NCBI GenBank assembly: GCA_027492205.1
Contig: JAOZFN010000007.1
Coordinates: 1 to 64,000 of the forward strand
Length of the DNA: 64,000 nucleotides
Direction: 5' to 3'
Source: Thermoproteota archaeon
GTDB lineage: Archaea > Korarchaeota > Korarchaeia > Korarchaeales > Korarchaeaceae
Positions 48,093 to 57,939 of this stretch are shown here, one piece after another (positions within the stretch are counted from its first letter, which is position 1; each line of letters begins with the position of its first letter). The position numbers and the translations under genes are program-made. The notes under the pieces were generated by a model that saw only the letters and a program-made list of their open reading frames with translations, made no database searches and was not told the origin of the DNA.

Positions 48093-48163
48093 TCGAATTA
48101 AGCGCTCCCCTCCCGACGTCGGCTAAGGTTAATTTCCGCCCCTCTCACTGCCCCAACCGATCG

Positions 48164-48985
48164 ATGTTGCTGCGAGAGAGGCTCCGCCCCTACGTTGAGA
48201 GGGCCGACAGGGCTCTGTCCAGGCTTCTGTCCGAACACGCGTCCTCTCCATTCGCACATCCCCTAATGGAATTCGTTTCGGGCGGTAAGAGGGTCAGACC
48301 GGTCCTCCTATACCTGAGCCACGAGGCGTGCGGGGGCGGAGCCGAGCCCGACCCTGACCCCGCCGCAGCGGCCGTAGAACTCATTCACACCGCGTCCCTG
48401 ATCCACGACGATCTGATAGACGGGGACCGAGTCCGAAGGGGGAGGCTGGCCTTTCACGTGAGGTTCGGCACGGACCTCGCCGTACTTATCTCCGACTTCG
48501 TACTGTCCCTCGTGCTGGATGTGGCCGCCGGCTATGCAGATCCAAGGATCGCCCGGGCCCTGGCGCGGACTACGAGGGTCATGAGCGAGGGCGAGGCAGA
48601 GGAGGCGAGGATCAGGGCGAGGGGAGAGCAGATATCCTTCAAGACCTACCTCCGAATACTTGAGAGGAAGACCGCCTCCCTGTTCAGCGCATCCGCCGAG
48701 CTCGGGGCGATCATCGCCAGGGCAGAGGACAGGGTGGTGAGCGGGATGGCCGAGTTTGGCAGGCTGGTCGGCATGGCGTACCAGCTGAGGGACGACCTGC
48801 TCGACTTCGGAAAGCCCGGCGAGATAAGCGCGCTCGTCGAGGCGAAGCCCGTCGGCCCGATAGGCGCGGCCTCGGAGGACTTCGCCAGCAGGGCAGTCGG
48901 CCTTCTGGAGTCTCTGGTTTTGCCGTCTGAAGCTAGGGACCTGCTGCGAGAGCTGGCCCTCTACGCGACGAGGTGGGAGGGGTGA
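48164..48985 (+). CDS. trans-Polyprenyl diphosphate synthase
   Basis: GGKRVRP, HTASLIHDDLID (FARM), KTASLF, YQLRDDLLD (SARM). Confidence 0.92.
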   Translation: MLLRERLRPYVERADRALSRLLSEHASSPFAHPLMEFVSGGKRVRPVLLYLSHEACGGGAEPDPDPAAAAVELIHTASLIHDDLIDGDRVRRGRLAFHVRFGTDLAVLISDFVLSLVLDVAAGYADPRIARALARTTRVMSEGEAEEARIRARGEQISFKTYLRILERKTASLFSASAELGAIIARAEDRVVSGMAEFGRLVGMAYQLRDDLLDFGKPGEISALVEAKPVGPIGAASEDFASRAVGLLESLVLPSEARDLLRELALYATRWEG

Positions 48986-49707
48986 GCGGCGGCCTCCCGA
49001 GCGACCGCTGGATCAGGGTGGAGGCCGCGCTGAGTGAGCTCGGCGGGGCGTATGAGAGGGCCAACGCCGCCATGTCTCTCGGGCTGGCCGGTAGGCTGAG
49101 ATCGAGGCTCGTGGCCGACCTCCAGCCCAGGCCGGGAGAGGTGGCGCTGGACGCCGGCTGCGGTCCGGGTCAATCCTCAGAGCTGCTCGCGATGGCCATC
49201 TCGCCGGGCGGAACCCTGATACTCATGGACCCACTCGCCGAGATGCTGGTCGCGGCCCGGGAGAGGGCCTCCCGCGCGGGGAGGTGCCTCGGGGTGCTCA
49301 CCGTCAGGGCGAAGTTCGAAGACATCCCGCTGGCGGACGAGTCCGTGGATCTGGCCCTGGCCTCATACTCTCTCCGCGACGCCGTGGACAGGGGGGAGGC
49401 GCTGAGGGAGCTGAGGCGAGTCTTGAAGGTGGGCGGAAGGCTGGGGGTCCTGGACCTCACCAGGCCCGACGGGGGGGCGGTTGACGCCCTGGCCCGGGCC
49501 TACGTCAGGTGGGTGGCCCCGGCCTTGGCGGGTCTGGCGACCCTGAGGCTCGACGTCTCCCCGTGGAGGGAGATCTATCCCACTTACGAGGCGATGTGGA
49601 CCTCGTCGGAGCTCGTCAGGGAGGTAAGGAGGATCTTTGAGGTGAGGAAGGCGTTCAGGTCCGCGCTGGGCGTCTTCACAGGTGTGGTGGCCGAGAGGTT
49701 GAGGTGA
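48973..49707 (+). CDS. UbiE/MenG-family methyltransferase
   Basis: YERANAAMSLG, LDAGCGPG, SYSLRD, LRELRRVLKVGG. Confidence 0.8.
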   Translation: MGGVSGGLPSDRWIRVEAALSELGGAYERANAAMSLGLAGRLRSRLVADLQPRPGEVALDAGCGPGQSSELLAMAISPGGTLILMDPLAEMLVAARERASRAGRCLGVLTVRAKFEDIPLADESVDLALASYSLRDAVDRGEALRELRRVLKVGGRLGVLDLTRPDGGAVDALARAYVRWVAPALAGLATLRLDVSPWREIYPTYEAMWTSSELVREVRRIFEVRKAFRSALGVFTGVVAERLR

Positions 49708-49741
49708 AATTTTTTCCTTTTAGGGAGGGCAACAACCTGAG

Positions 49742-51469
49742 ATGCCCAAATACGATCTCGCCCTGTTTCACGCCCCCAGCGTCTATGACTTCAGGAACAG
49801 ACCGATGTTCAAGTGCCTGACGAGCGAGGTGGTGCCTTCTTTTCAGGTATTCGACATGTACCCCTACGGGTTCCTCACCCTCTCCACCTGGCTCTCCCGC
49901 CGCGGGAGGGGGGTCGGCATCTTCAACCTCGCCTCGAAGATGATCATCGACCCTGACTACGACCCGATGAGGACGATTCGATCCGTAGACTCCCTCGTCT
50001 ACGGCGTGGATCTCCACTGGCTCGTCCATGCCCAGGGGTCCCTAGAGGTCGCCAGGCTGATCAAGCGGGAGCACCCCGACTCGCTCGTGCTGCTCGGGGG
50101 GATCTCGGCGACGTACTTCTGGAGGGAGATCTTGGAGGGGCACCCGTACGTCGACGCGGTCGCGCTCGGGGATACGACGGAGGAGACGGTCGAAGAGATA
50201 GTGGAGAGGGTTGATCGCGGGAGGGGGCTGGACGGAATCCCCGGGGTTGCCTGGAGGGACGCCGACGGGAGGATCAGGATCCAGCCCCCTCGAGACCCTC
50301 CCGAGTCCCTGGACCCCTACGAGGTTGACCACGGTATCCTTGTGAAGATGACGCTCAAGGAGAGGGACCTGGCACTCGTGGCGCCCTGCGCCTCCTTCAT
50401 CAGCACCCCCATAGCCGCCGTCCTGACCGTCAAGGGCTGCACGTACAACTGCGTCACCTGCGGCGGCTCCAGGAGCGCCCAGGAGAGGATCTTCGGAAGG
50501 AGGGGGGTTGCCCTCAAGAGCCCGGAGGCCATAGCGAGGGAGGCCGAGTCTGTCTCTTCCATGTCAAAGATGACGATATTCTTCATCGGGGACCTGAGGC
50601 TGGGCAGGGGGGAGGAAGGGGCCTTGGAGGTGGTGGAGACTCTCAAGAGGGCCGATCTGGACAACCCGCTGATGTTCGAGTTCTTCTATCCCGCCGGCAG
50701 GAGACTCTTAGGGTCGCTGAGATCCCTTGGAGACGAGGTTTACATACAGATCTCACCCGAAAGTCAGGATGAGTCCGTGAGGCGGGCCTTCGGGAGGATC
50801 TACGGCAACGAGGAGCTGGAGAAGATGGTGAGGGTCTCGGGGGAGTTAGGCTTCAGGAGGCTCGACCTGTATTTCATGACGGGGCTCCCGCGGCAGACCC
50901 CCGAGGTAGCGGCCGGGGTCGCCGACTACGTGGACAGGCTCATCGAGCTGCACGGAGAGGGGCGGATGGACGCCTTCACGGCCCCCCTCGCCCCCTTCGT
51001 CGACCCCGGGAGCCCGGCCTTCGAGCATCCGGAGACCTACGGGTATGAGATACTGTTCAGGAACCTCGAGTCCCACCGCAGGGCCCTCGAGGAGCCTCAC
51101 TGGGGCTTCACCCTCAACTACAGGACGGTGTGGATGAACCGACCGGACATAGTCGAGGCCAGCCTGAGCGCCTCCCTCAACCTGGCGAGGGTCAAGAGGG
51201 ACAGGGGAATGATAGGAGAGGACCTCTACGAGATCATCAGCGAGAGGGTGGCGCTGGACAGAGAGATATTCTCCAGGCTTCAGAGGGGCCCGCTCACGCC
51301 GGAGGAGGAGTCCGAGTTCCTGGAGAGAGCCAGAGAGCTGGTCACGAACAAGGAGGTGGCCATAAACAGGGAACTCTACCCGTCCACACCGCTCAGCGAG
51401 TCCCTGAGGCTCCCGCCCCCCCTGAACCTCCTCGTCTCCAGGGTGATAGGGCGGATCAAGCCGGCTTGA
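49742..51469 (+). CDS. B12-binding radical SAM protein (Ta0216/TIGR04190-like)
   Basis: HAPSVYDFR, FDMYPYGF, DLHWLVH, KGCTYNCVTCGGS, APFVDPGS. Confidence 0.85.
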   Translation: MPKYDLALFHAPSVYDFRNRPMFKCLTSEVVPSFQVFDMYPYGFLTLSTWLSRRGRGVGIFNLASKMIIDPDYDPMRTIRSVDSLVYGVDLHWLVHAQGSLEVARLIKREHPDSLVLLGGISATYFWREILEGHPYVDAVALGDTTEETVEEIVERVDRGRGLDGIPGVAWRDADGRIRIQPPRDPPESLDPYEVDHGILVKMTLKERDLALVAPCASFISTPIAAVLTVKGCTYNCVTCGGSRSAQERIFGRRGVALKSPEAIAREAESVSSMSKMTIFFIGDLRLGRGEEGALEVVETLKRADLDNPLMFEFFYPAGRRLLGSLRSLGDEVYIQISPESQDESVRRAFGRIYGNEELEKMVRVSGELGFRRLDLYFMTGLPRQTPEVAAGVADYVDRLIELHGEGRMDAFTAPLAPFVDPGSPAFEHPETYGYEILFRNLESHRRALEEPHWGFTLNYRTVWMNRPDIVEASLSASLNLARVKRDRGMIGEDLYEIISERVALDREIFSRLQRGPLTPEEESEFLERARELVTNKEVAINRELYPSTPLSESLRLPPPLNLLVSRVIGRIKPA

Positions 51470-51474
51470 TTGGT

Positions 51475-52704
51475 TCAAGTTCGCACGGGAATGGTGGTGG
51501 TCCCCTCCGGCATCACCACGACCTTGGGATTTGAGAGCCCCCTCAGGGCCGCGTCGACCCCCTCCTGGAGGGAGGAGACCGGCTCCATCTTGTAGAGCCC
51601 CCTCACCTCTGCGGGATCCATAGAGGTCAGGAACAGGATCCTGTTCCTCTCCACGGCTCTAAGGTGATAGTAGGCCTTGTGACCCCCCAACTCGAACGTC
51701 CGCTTGAGGGCAGCCTCGACCTCGTCTGAGGAGGAGTACTTCCTCATGTACTCGACAAACTTCCTATTCCCCGCCCCGTCCCTGCACTCCGCGACGAACA
51801 CCACCGCCCCCCCTGGCTTTACGACCCTGAGGGCCATGTGAAGAGCCTTGTAGGCCTGGTAAAGGTCTACGTCGTGCGGGTATCCGTTGGCAGCAACGAT
51901 CACCACATCCGCTGGCTCCCCCTCGTACCTCACCTTGTACATGCGATCCACGACCCTCGCGCCGGCCCTGAGCACGTCCCTGTGGTGCCCGCCGTGCGCA
52001 GAGACTATCTCGTGCTCGGCGTTCTGCACCACGTTGAGCGTGAACTCTGCCCCGGCCATGTCAGCGGCCTCCTCCATGTCCTCGCTGACTGGGTTCCCGT
52101 CGAGGACGCCCACCTCGGCTCCCGGGAGGAACATCATCTTGTGGTTGGCCTGTATGGTCTCGTAGGAACTCACTCCCGGGAGTACGCTCTTCCTACCGCC
52201 GCCGTACCCGGCGAAGTAATGAGGTTCGACGTCGCCCAGGAGAATGCGGTAGTCCGCGGTCTGGTAGAGCTCGTCCACCGCGACGGGGGTGCCCCTGCCG
52301 GTCTCCCCGAGGTAGACGTGGGCCCCCCTGCAGTCGTGGCTGACCGCCTCGACGGTTCCGTGGTGCTTTCCCAGGATCTCCTTCGCCTCATCCGGGGAAA
52401 CGGGCCTGTGGGTGCCGGTTGCGAAGATCACCTTTATCCGGCCCCTGGGGACCCTCAGCCTCCCCAGCACGTGGTCCAGCATGACCTCGGTCGGGCAGGG
52501 CCTAGTGTGGTCGTCGACCACTATCACGACCCTGCCGGAGGGCTCCTCCTCCAGGCCCGGGCTCGCGGACTCCAGCGCCTCGGAGACGATCTCCCCTGCC
52601 TGGGCGTCAGGTTTGAGGGGCCTGGGGCGCAGCACGGTCACGTCCGCGGTCTCTGGTATCTCGGCGGAGACGAAGCCCCGCCCGTAGGGGAGTTCTATCC
52701 TCAT
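51475..52704 (-). CDS. LarA-family nickel-dependent racemase/epimerase
   Basis: ELPYG, DHTRP, ATGTHR, PHYFAGYGGGRKS, GYPHDVDLYQ, GGHKA; ATG at 52704. Confidence 0.88.
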   Translation of the reverse strand: MRIELPYGRGFVSAEIPETADVTVLRPRPLKPDAQAGEIVSEALESASPGLEEEPSGRVVIVVDDHTRPCPTEVMLDHVLGRLRVPRGRIKVIFATGTHRPVSPDEAKEILGKHHGTVEAVSHDCRGAHVYLGETGRGTPVAVDELYQTADYRILLGDVEPHYFAGYGGGRKSVLPGVSSYETIQANHKMMFLPGAEVGVLDGNPVSEDMEEAADMAGAEFTLNVVQNAEHEIVSAHGGHHRDVLRAGARVVDRMYKVRYEGEPADVVIVAANGYPHDVDLYQAYKALHMALRVVKPGGAVVFVAECRDGAGNRKFVEYMRKYSSSDEVEAALKRTFELGGHKAYYHLRAVERNRILFLTSMDPAEVRGLYKMEPVSSLQEGVDAALRGLSNPKVVVMPEGTTTIPVRT

Positions 52705-52768
52705 CGCGTTCCGCGTGTCGGTCGGTGGATAAAACGTTTTGACGGACCGAGGTCCGCCTCGGCTGAAG

Positions 52769-54094
52769 ATGACCAGGCTGAACGTGGACCTCCTGGTGCT
52801 GGCCTCCGCAGTGATCCCCGTCGACCCGCCAGGGCTCGTGATCCGAGATGGGTACGTGGCCGTCGAGGGAGGTAGGATTGTCTCAATCGGCAGGAGGTCA
52901 TCCATGCCGCCCGTCTCCGCAGGGGAGGTCGTCGAGGGGAGGGGCATGGTCGCCCTACCCGGCCTGGTAAACGCCCACACTCACGTGGCCATGACCCTGC
53001 TGAGGGGGCTCGCCTCCGACAGGCCGCTGGACGAGTGGCTCAGGGAGATATGGAGGGTAGAGGCCAAGATGGGTCCAGAGGAGGTGCTAGACGGCGCGAG
53101 GCTGGGGATATTGGAGATGCTCCTCTCAGGAACAACCACCTTCTCAGACATGTACTTCCACGAGGACTCGGTGGCCAGGGCCGCTCTGGAGTCCGGGGTG
53201 AGGGCAGTCCTTTCCTACGGGATGATAGACGCCCCGGGCTGGGAGAGGGATCCGGACAGGACCGTTAAGGAGCTCAGGGAGGCCGAGAGGTTCATAGAGG
53301 ATTGGCACATGGCTGGCGCCGGCAGAATAAGGGCGGCAGTGGGTCCGCACGCCCCGTACACGTGCTCTGAGGAGCTCCTACGCGCCTCCGCCGAGCTCGC
53401 CAGGTCCAGGGGTCTGAGGCTCCACATACACCTCTCCGAGACCAGGAGGGAGGTTGAGGAGCTCAGGGAGATAGCTGGGGAGGGGCCCCCCTCCTACCTG
53501 GACTCCCTCGGGGTGCTGGGACCCAACGTCCTGGCGGCTCACGGGGTCTGGCTCGACCGGGAGGAGATCTCACTCTTGGCCTCCAAGGGGGCGAGCGTGG
53601 TCCACTGCCCGGCCAGCAACCTGAAGCTGGCGTCCGGCATCGCCCCGGTGGCCGACATGCTCAGGGAGGGGGTGAACGTCGCCCTGGGGACCGACGGCCC
53701 GGCCAGTAACGACTCCCTCGACATGTTCAGAGAGATGCGCCTTGCGGCCCTCCTCCAGAGGGGGAGTAGGCTCGACCCGAGGGCGCTGACCTCCTGGGAC
53801 GTGCTCAGGATGGCGACCGTGAACGGGGCGAGGGCGCTGGGACTCGCCGATGAGATCGGAACGCTGGAGGCCGGCAAGCGGGCCGACCTAATCTTGGTGG
53901 ACCTCAGGAAGCCCCACCTCTCCACTCACAGGGACCCGGTACCGGCGCTGGTCTTCTCTGCCACCGGCGACGACGTGGACACGGTGATAATCGAGGGGAG
54001 GGTGATTGTCAGGGCCAGACGGGTAATGACGATGGACGCGGAGGAGGTGGTGGAGCGGGCCTCCCGGGCCGCGACGAGGCTCGCATCCGGCTGA
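52769..54094 (+). CDS. mtaD: 5-methylthioadenosine/S-adenosylhomocysteine deaminase-like amidohydrolase
   Basis: PGLVNAHTH, DMYFH, GPHAPYTCS, HIHLSET, NLKLASG, GTDGPASND. Confidence 0.85.
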   Translation: MTRLNVDLLVLASAVIPVDPPGLVIRDGYVAVEGGRIVSIGRRSSMPPVSAGEVVEGRGMVALPGLVNAHTHVAMTLLRGLASDRPLDEWLREIWRVEAKMGPEEVLDGARLGILEMLLSGTTTFSDMYFHEDSVARAALESGVRAVLSYGMIDAPGWERDPDRTVKELREAERFIEDWHMAGAGRIRAAVGPHAPYTCSEELLRASAELARSRGLRLHIHLSETRREVEELREIAGEGPPSYLDSLGVLGPNVLAAHGVWLDREEISLLASKGASVVHCPASNLKLASGIAPVADMLREGVNVALGTDGPASNDSLDMFREMRLAALLQRGSRLDPRALTSWDVLRMATVNGARALGLADEIGTLEAGKRADLILVDLRKPHLSTHRDPVPALVFSATGDDVDTVIIEGRVIVRARRVMTMDAEEVVERASRAATRLASG

Positions 54095-54130
54095 GGACCA
54101 TTTCAACCTTGACCTAGATCCCAGAAAACC

Positions 54131-55549
54131 TCAGGCCAACTTCTTGATCTCGGGTGGGTATCGCGTGGCGTTAATGACCCAAGTGGCGAGGCCCCTTATC
54201 AGGTTCATCTCCCGATCGCCGTGGGCGCCTCGGTTCACTACGAGCACTACCACGGCCCTCTCCGGGATTAGCATGTCTATGAGGGCCCTGATCAGGCGGT
54301 AGGCCCCGTCCAACCCGATGAGAGTGGTCATATCGCTGACGTTCTCCACCACGAGCGACATCCTCTTCTCGGGCGTGATCAACCTGCTCACGATCCCCAG
54401 GATCACGGATGGGCTCAGGCCCACCTCCAGCTCGCCCGGAGACAGCTCCTTAGGCGCGGCCATCCTGCCGGGGCTGACCCGGATAGTCAGGTCAGACTCC
54501 GACGCCACCTCCCTCAGAGGGGTACCCCGCCTAGCGATCACCACGATCTTCATGTCGAGCTCCCTAAGCCACGACACTAGGCTGGCTATCATCTCCGAGG
54601 GAGATGTCAGAGGCTCGAACTCCATCAGAATAACCTCGCCCTCTCCTCCGACGTCCAGGCCAAACTCCCTCCAGTCAATCTCCGGTCCACCCTCCCCCTC
54701 CGTGTGGGGGGGCTCCCTATATGGCGTGGTTCCCAGCAGATAATAGCCGAACCCGGATATGGCCACCCCAAGAGCGATGGCTCCCGTGAGAGTGTAACCG
54801 AAAACGTTCATCGTCTTTGGGGTGAGGAACAGGTCCTCGAACATCACGTAGAGTTCCGCCACCGCGCCAAGTGCCATCGAGGTCATGGAGGCCTCGACTA
54901 GCCACCTGCCAGCCCCTGTGACCGTCCCCAGGGCTTTGGTGAGCCTCCACAGGTTCGCGGCGAGCACGCCCGCGATCGCTATGTCCAAGGTGAGGTCCAG
55001 ATACCTCGGCCGTGGGAGCGGCCCGATGTACCGAAGCGACCACGCGGTGACTGAGATCAGCACAGCTAGCCACGCTGCGAAGATCCAGGTCGGTCGAACC
55101 CTGGGGACCCCCCTCTTGGCGGTCACTAGGGAGGCCAGCCTGGCCATTATCGACGTGAGTGACCAGGAGCATATCCCCACCGAGATTAGGATCGTGAGGA
55201 GTTCCATCACGTGCACGTACTCAGGGAGGACGAAGGCCGAGTCGACGAGTTCGATGAGCAGGAAGTATACCAGGAGTGCCTGCCCCCAGGTGAAGTACTT
55301 CCAGTCCCTCCAGAGAAGGGCCTCCAGCCTCTGCAGCACGATGAAATACAGGATGATGAGGGCCATACCAGCCGCCAGGAGCCCCACGGCCCTGCCGAGG
55401 AAGCTCAGCGGGTCGACATTCTTCGGCACCCAGTCCCCCGTGCTCTCCAGCAGCACGATCGTGGCCAAGATCACCCAGACAAGCGACGCAATCTCTGGTA
55501 TGTTTGTGCTGGAAGCGGAAAGGGCGTGAGACCTCGGGGACATTTTCAA
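54131..55549 (-). CDS. ~8-TM membrane protein with C-terminal inactive KaiC/DUF835-like domain, copy 2
   Basis: Paralog of 38742..40163: shared WSLTS, TAKRxxPRV, YYLxGTT, GRMxxPK, VILG, YRLxRAxID motifs. Confidence 0.7.
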   Translation of the reverse strand: MKMSPRSHALSASSTNIPEIASLVWVILATIVLLESTGDWVPKNVDPLSFLGRAVGLLAAGMALIILYFIVLQRLEALLWRDWKYFTWGQALLVYFLLIELVDSAFVLPEYVHVMELLTILISVGICSWSLTSIMARLASLVTAKRGVPRVRPTWIFAAWLAVLISVTAWSLRYIGPLPRPRYLDLTLDIAIAGVLAANLWRLTKALGTVTGAGRWLVEASMTSMALGAVAELYVMFEDLFLTPKTMNVFGYTLTGAIALGVAISGFGYYLLGTTPYREPPHTEGEGGPEIDWREFGLDVGGEGEVILMEFEPLTSPSEMIASLVSWLRELDMKIVVIARRGTPLREVASESDLTIRVSPGRMAAPKELSPGELEVGLSPSVILGIVSRLITPEKRMSLVVENVSDMTTLIGLDGAYRLIRALIDMLIPERAVVVLVVNRGAHGDREMNLIRGLATWVINATRYPPEIKKLA

Positions 55550-55676
55550 CCTCCTCCCGCGCTCCCCTTCGACCCGTCAGGTCCATTCATAGTGAGAACC
55601 GAACACCACGAGCGCTTGTATGTAGAAGGCAAACCGGCTAATAGTCTTGGCGTCTAATCAGGGGGGAGGATATTTC

Positions 55677-56573
55677 ATGTCTAATCCGGGTGGGAGGATT
55701 GAGTTAATTGGGTTGAGGCTCCCGGAACTCAGGCAGGGAGACGATCTCCCGAGTGTGATCCTCTCCGCGATCGATTCCATGGGAATCGAGCTCAGTGACG
55801 GCGACGTGTTGGTGGTAGCCAGCAAGGTGGTCTCCAAGGCGAAGGGCCACTCAGTGCGGATCTCTGATGTGAAGCCTTCCCTCAAGTCCAGGATCTTGGC
55901 CAGGATAGCGGGCAGGCCGGCCTGGCTCGTGGAGCTCGTCAGGAGCGTCGGGAGGATCGTGCTGATACTTCCCTTCTCGGAGGCAAGCAGGGGGACCGGC
56001 TTCCCGGAGGAGTTCTCCCCGGACCCGGAGGCGGCGAGGGCTATGGTCGAGGAGGAGGGGGGGACGATACTGGCCGAGGTGGCCGGAGTCGTGATCACGG
56101 ACGCAGGGATCGACTGGTCCAACTGCCCGGAGGGTGTGGCCGCGCTCCCTCCCCCCGACCCAGACGCCGAGGCCCGGGAGATAGCGGAGCGCATCAGGGA
56201 GCGGACGGGGGCCAGGGTCGGGGTGGTGATCTCGGACACGGACTTCGCGCCGTTCAGGATGGGCTCCGTGGACTGGGCCGTGGGCGTCTCCGGAATCGAT
56301 CCCGTGAGGAGGTCTTTCGGGGAGCCAGACCTCTATGGGAAGCCCAAGTTCGGGGGCGTGGACCTCGTGGCCGACGAGCTCGCGGCAGCGGCCGCCCTCC
56401 TCATGGGGCAGGGGTCCGAGGGAATCCCTGCGGTGCTCGTCAGGGGGGCGCCGGTGACGCTGAGCGACGACGCCAGGTACTCCACGGTTACGGCCCCGGT
56501 CTCCAACATGGGCAGGGCGTTCCTCAAGGGACTCCTGAAGACGGCCCTCGCCAAGATTCTAAGGCTCGTCTGA
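55677..56573 (+). CDS. CofE-like (F420-0:gamma-glutamyl ligase family) protein, copy 2
   Basis: GLRLPELRQGDDL, DGDVLVVASKVVSKA, DAGIDWSN, LPPPDPD, ISDT, VADELAAAAALLMGQ. Confidence 0.85.
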   Translation: MSNPGGRIELIGLRLPELRQGDDLPSVILSAIDSMGIELSDGDVLVVASKVVSKAKGHSVRISDVKPSLKSRILARIAGRPAWLVELVRSVGRIVLILPFSEASRGTGFPEEFSPDPEAARAMVEEEGGTILAEVAGVVITDAGIDWSNCPEGVAALPPPDPDAEAREIAERIRERTGARVGVVISDTDFAPFRMGSVDWAVGVSGIDPVRRSFGEPDLYGKPKFGGVDLVADELAAAAALLMGQGSEGIPAVLVRGAPVTLSDDARYSTVTAPVSNMGRAFLKGLLKTALAKILRLV

Positions 56574-56615
56574 ACACTGAGAGGCCTTAATAGCCCCCCG
56601 ATTAGATCGACGGGT

Positions 56616-57356
56616 GTGCCGGTCCTCGACTTCCTGCCGGCGGAGGGGGACGAGCCCATAATAGACCCATACGAGCTGAGGGTTGACTGGCTGGGGGGAG
56701 GTTCGGCCGTCATCGCCCTGACCCCCAGGATCTTTAGGCTCGCCGCCGAGACCCTCGGGGCGACCCCGGAAGGGTGCCGGGCGGCCGGGTGCTTGGAGAG
56801 GTTCCACTTCGAGGGCATCCCATTTCTGCTGGCCTACTTCGGGGCGCCGGCGGCCGCAATGCTGCTGGAGGTCCTGGCGGCAAGTGGGGCGAAGAGGATC
56901 TTGGTCCTGGGAGAGGCGGGCTCCATATCACCCGATGTTGGGATTGGGGACGTGGTGCTGCCGGAGTGGGCCATCAGGGAGGAGGGAACGAGCTATCACT
57001 ACCTGCCGCCTGAGAGGGTCCCCCTCGCCGACCCAGAGATGATCGAGGCCCTGGAATCCTCGCTCGGAGGGTCGGGCGTAAGGGTGCTGAGGGGCGGGGT
57101 CTGGACCACCGACGCGCCGTTTCGCGAGACCGTCGGAAAGGTTCGAAGGTACTCTCTGCTCGGGGCCCTGGCGGTTGAGATGGAGTGCTCTGCCCTGATG
57201 GCGGTGGCGGAGTTCAGGGGGGTCAGGCTGGCGGCCGGGCTAGCGATTACCGACGAGCTGTTCGAGGGGGTCTGGAGGGCGCGGTTCTCATCGCGCAAGG
57301 TAGACAGGTCTCGGAGGGCGCTCGCGAAGGCCGCGGTCGAAGTGCTCTCGCCTTAA
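56616..57356 (+). CDS. Nucleoside phosphorylase (PNP/UDP family)
   Basis: GAPAAA, GEAGSI, IREEGTSYHY, WTTDAPFRET, AVEME. Confidence 0.88.
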   Translation: MPVLDFLPAEGDEPIIDPYELRVDWLGGGSAVIALTPRIFRLAAETLGATPEGCRAAGCLERFHFEGIPFLLAYFGAPAAAMLLEVLAASGAKRILVLGEAGSISPDVGIGDVVLPEWAIREEGTSYHYLPPERVPLADPEMIEALESSLGGSGVRVLRGGVWTTDAPFRETVGKVRRYSLLGALAVEMECSALMAVAEFRGVRLAAGLAITDELFEGVWRARFSSRKVDRSRRALAKAAVEVLSP

Positions 57357-57411
57357 CATCCGGCCTCGTTCGACGCTGCTCAAAGGGCGGGTCGGGAAGC
57401 GGCGTGGTAGT

Positions 57412-57939
57412 TCAGCCTCCCACCGACGCGAGCCTCTTGAGCCAGTCATTCAGCCTGACCCTGTATGTGCCCCCCACCCTCTCCCTGACCACAACCCCCC
57501 TCTCCTCCAGAGAGTCCAGCCTCCTTGACGCAGTCACTCTGCTCATCCCGAGTTCCGCCCACACCTCCCGCTGGAGCGCCTCACCTCCCTTCCTAATGAG
57601 GAACCTGACTATCTCCCTGTCCCTGGGGTCAAGCATCCTCAACACTTCCTCCGCACTCGGGCTCCGAGTCGGCCCCCCGAATTCAGGGCCGGCGGAGTTA
57701 CCCCCCCTCCCAGCTAGGAGAAGGGCCAAAGAGAATCCGGCCGCGGCCGACGCGGCAGATATGAGGAGAGTCTCCCTGAGGCTGTACATTAGTGGGCTAG
57801 TCACCACGAGCCTGTCGCCACCGGGCATCAAGATCACGAGGGTCTCCCTCTTTACGAGCAGATTCGTGAGAGCCAGCATAGAGGCGAATAGGACGGCCAG
57901 AGTCAGGCCTTTCCGGGCACTAGGCTTCAACCTACCCAC
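57412..57939 (-). CDS. Membrane-anchored winged-HTH regulator
   Basis: Two TM helices then GGEALQREV..LGMSRVTASRRLDSLEERGVV. Confidence 0.8.
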   Translation of the reverse strand: MGRLKPSARKGLTLAVLFASMLALTNLLVKRETLVILMPGGDRLVVTSPLMYSLRETLLISAASAAAGFSLALLLAGRGGNSAGPEFGGPTRSPSAEEVLRMLDPRDREIVRFLIRKGGEALQREVWAELGMSRVTASRRLDSLEERGVVVRERVGGTYRVRLNDWLKRLASVGG

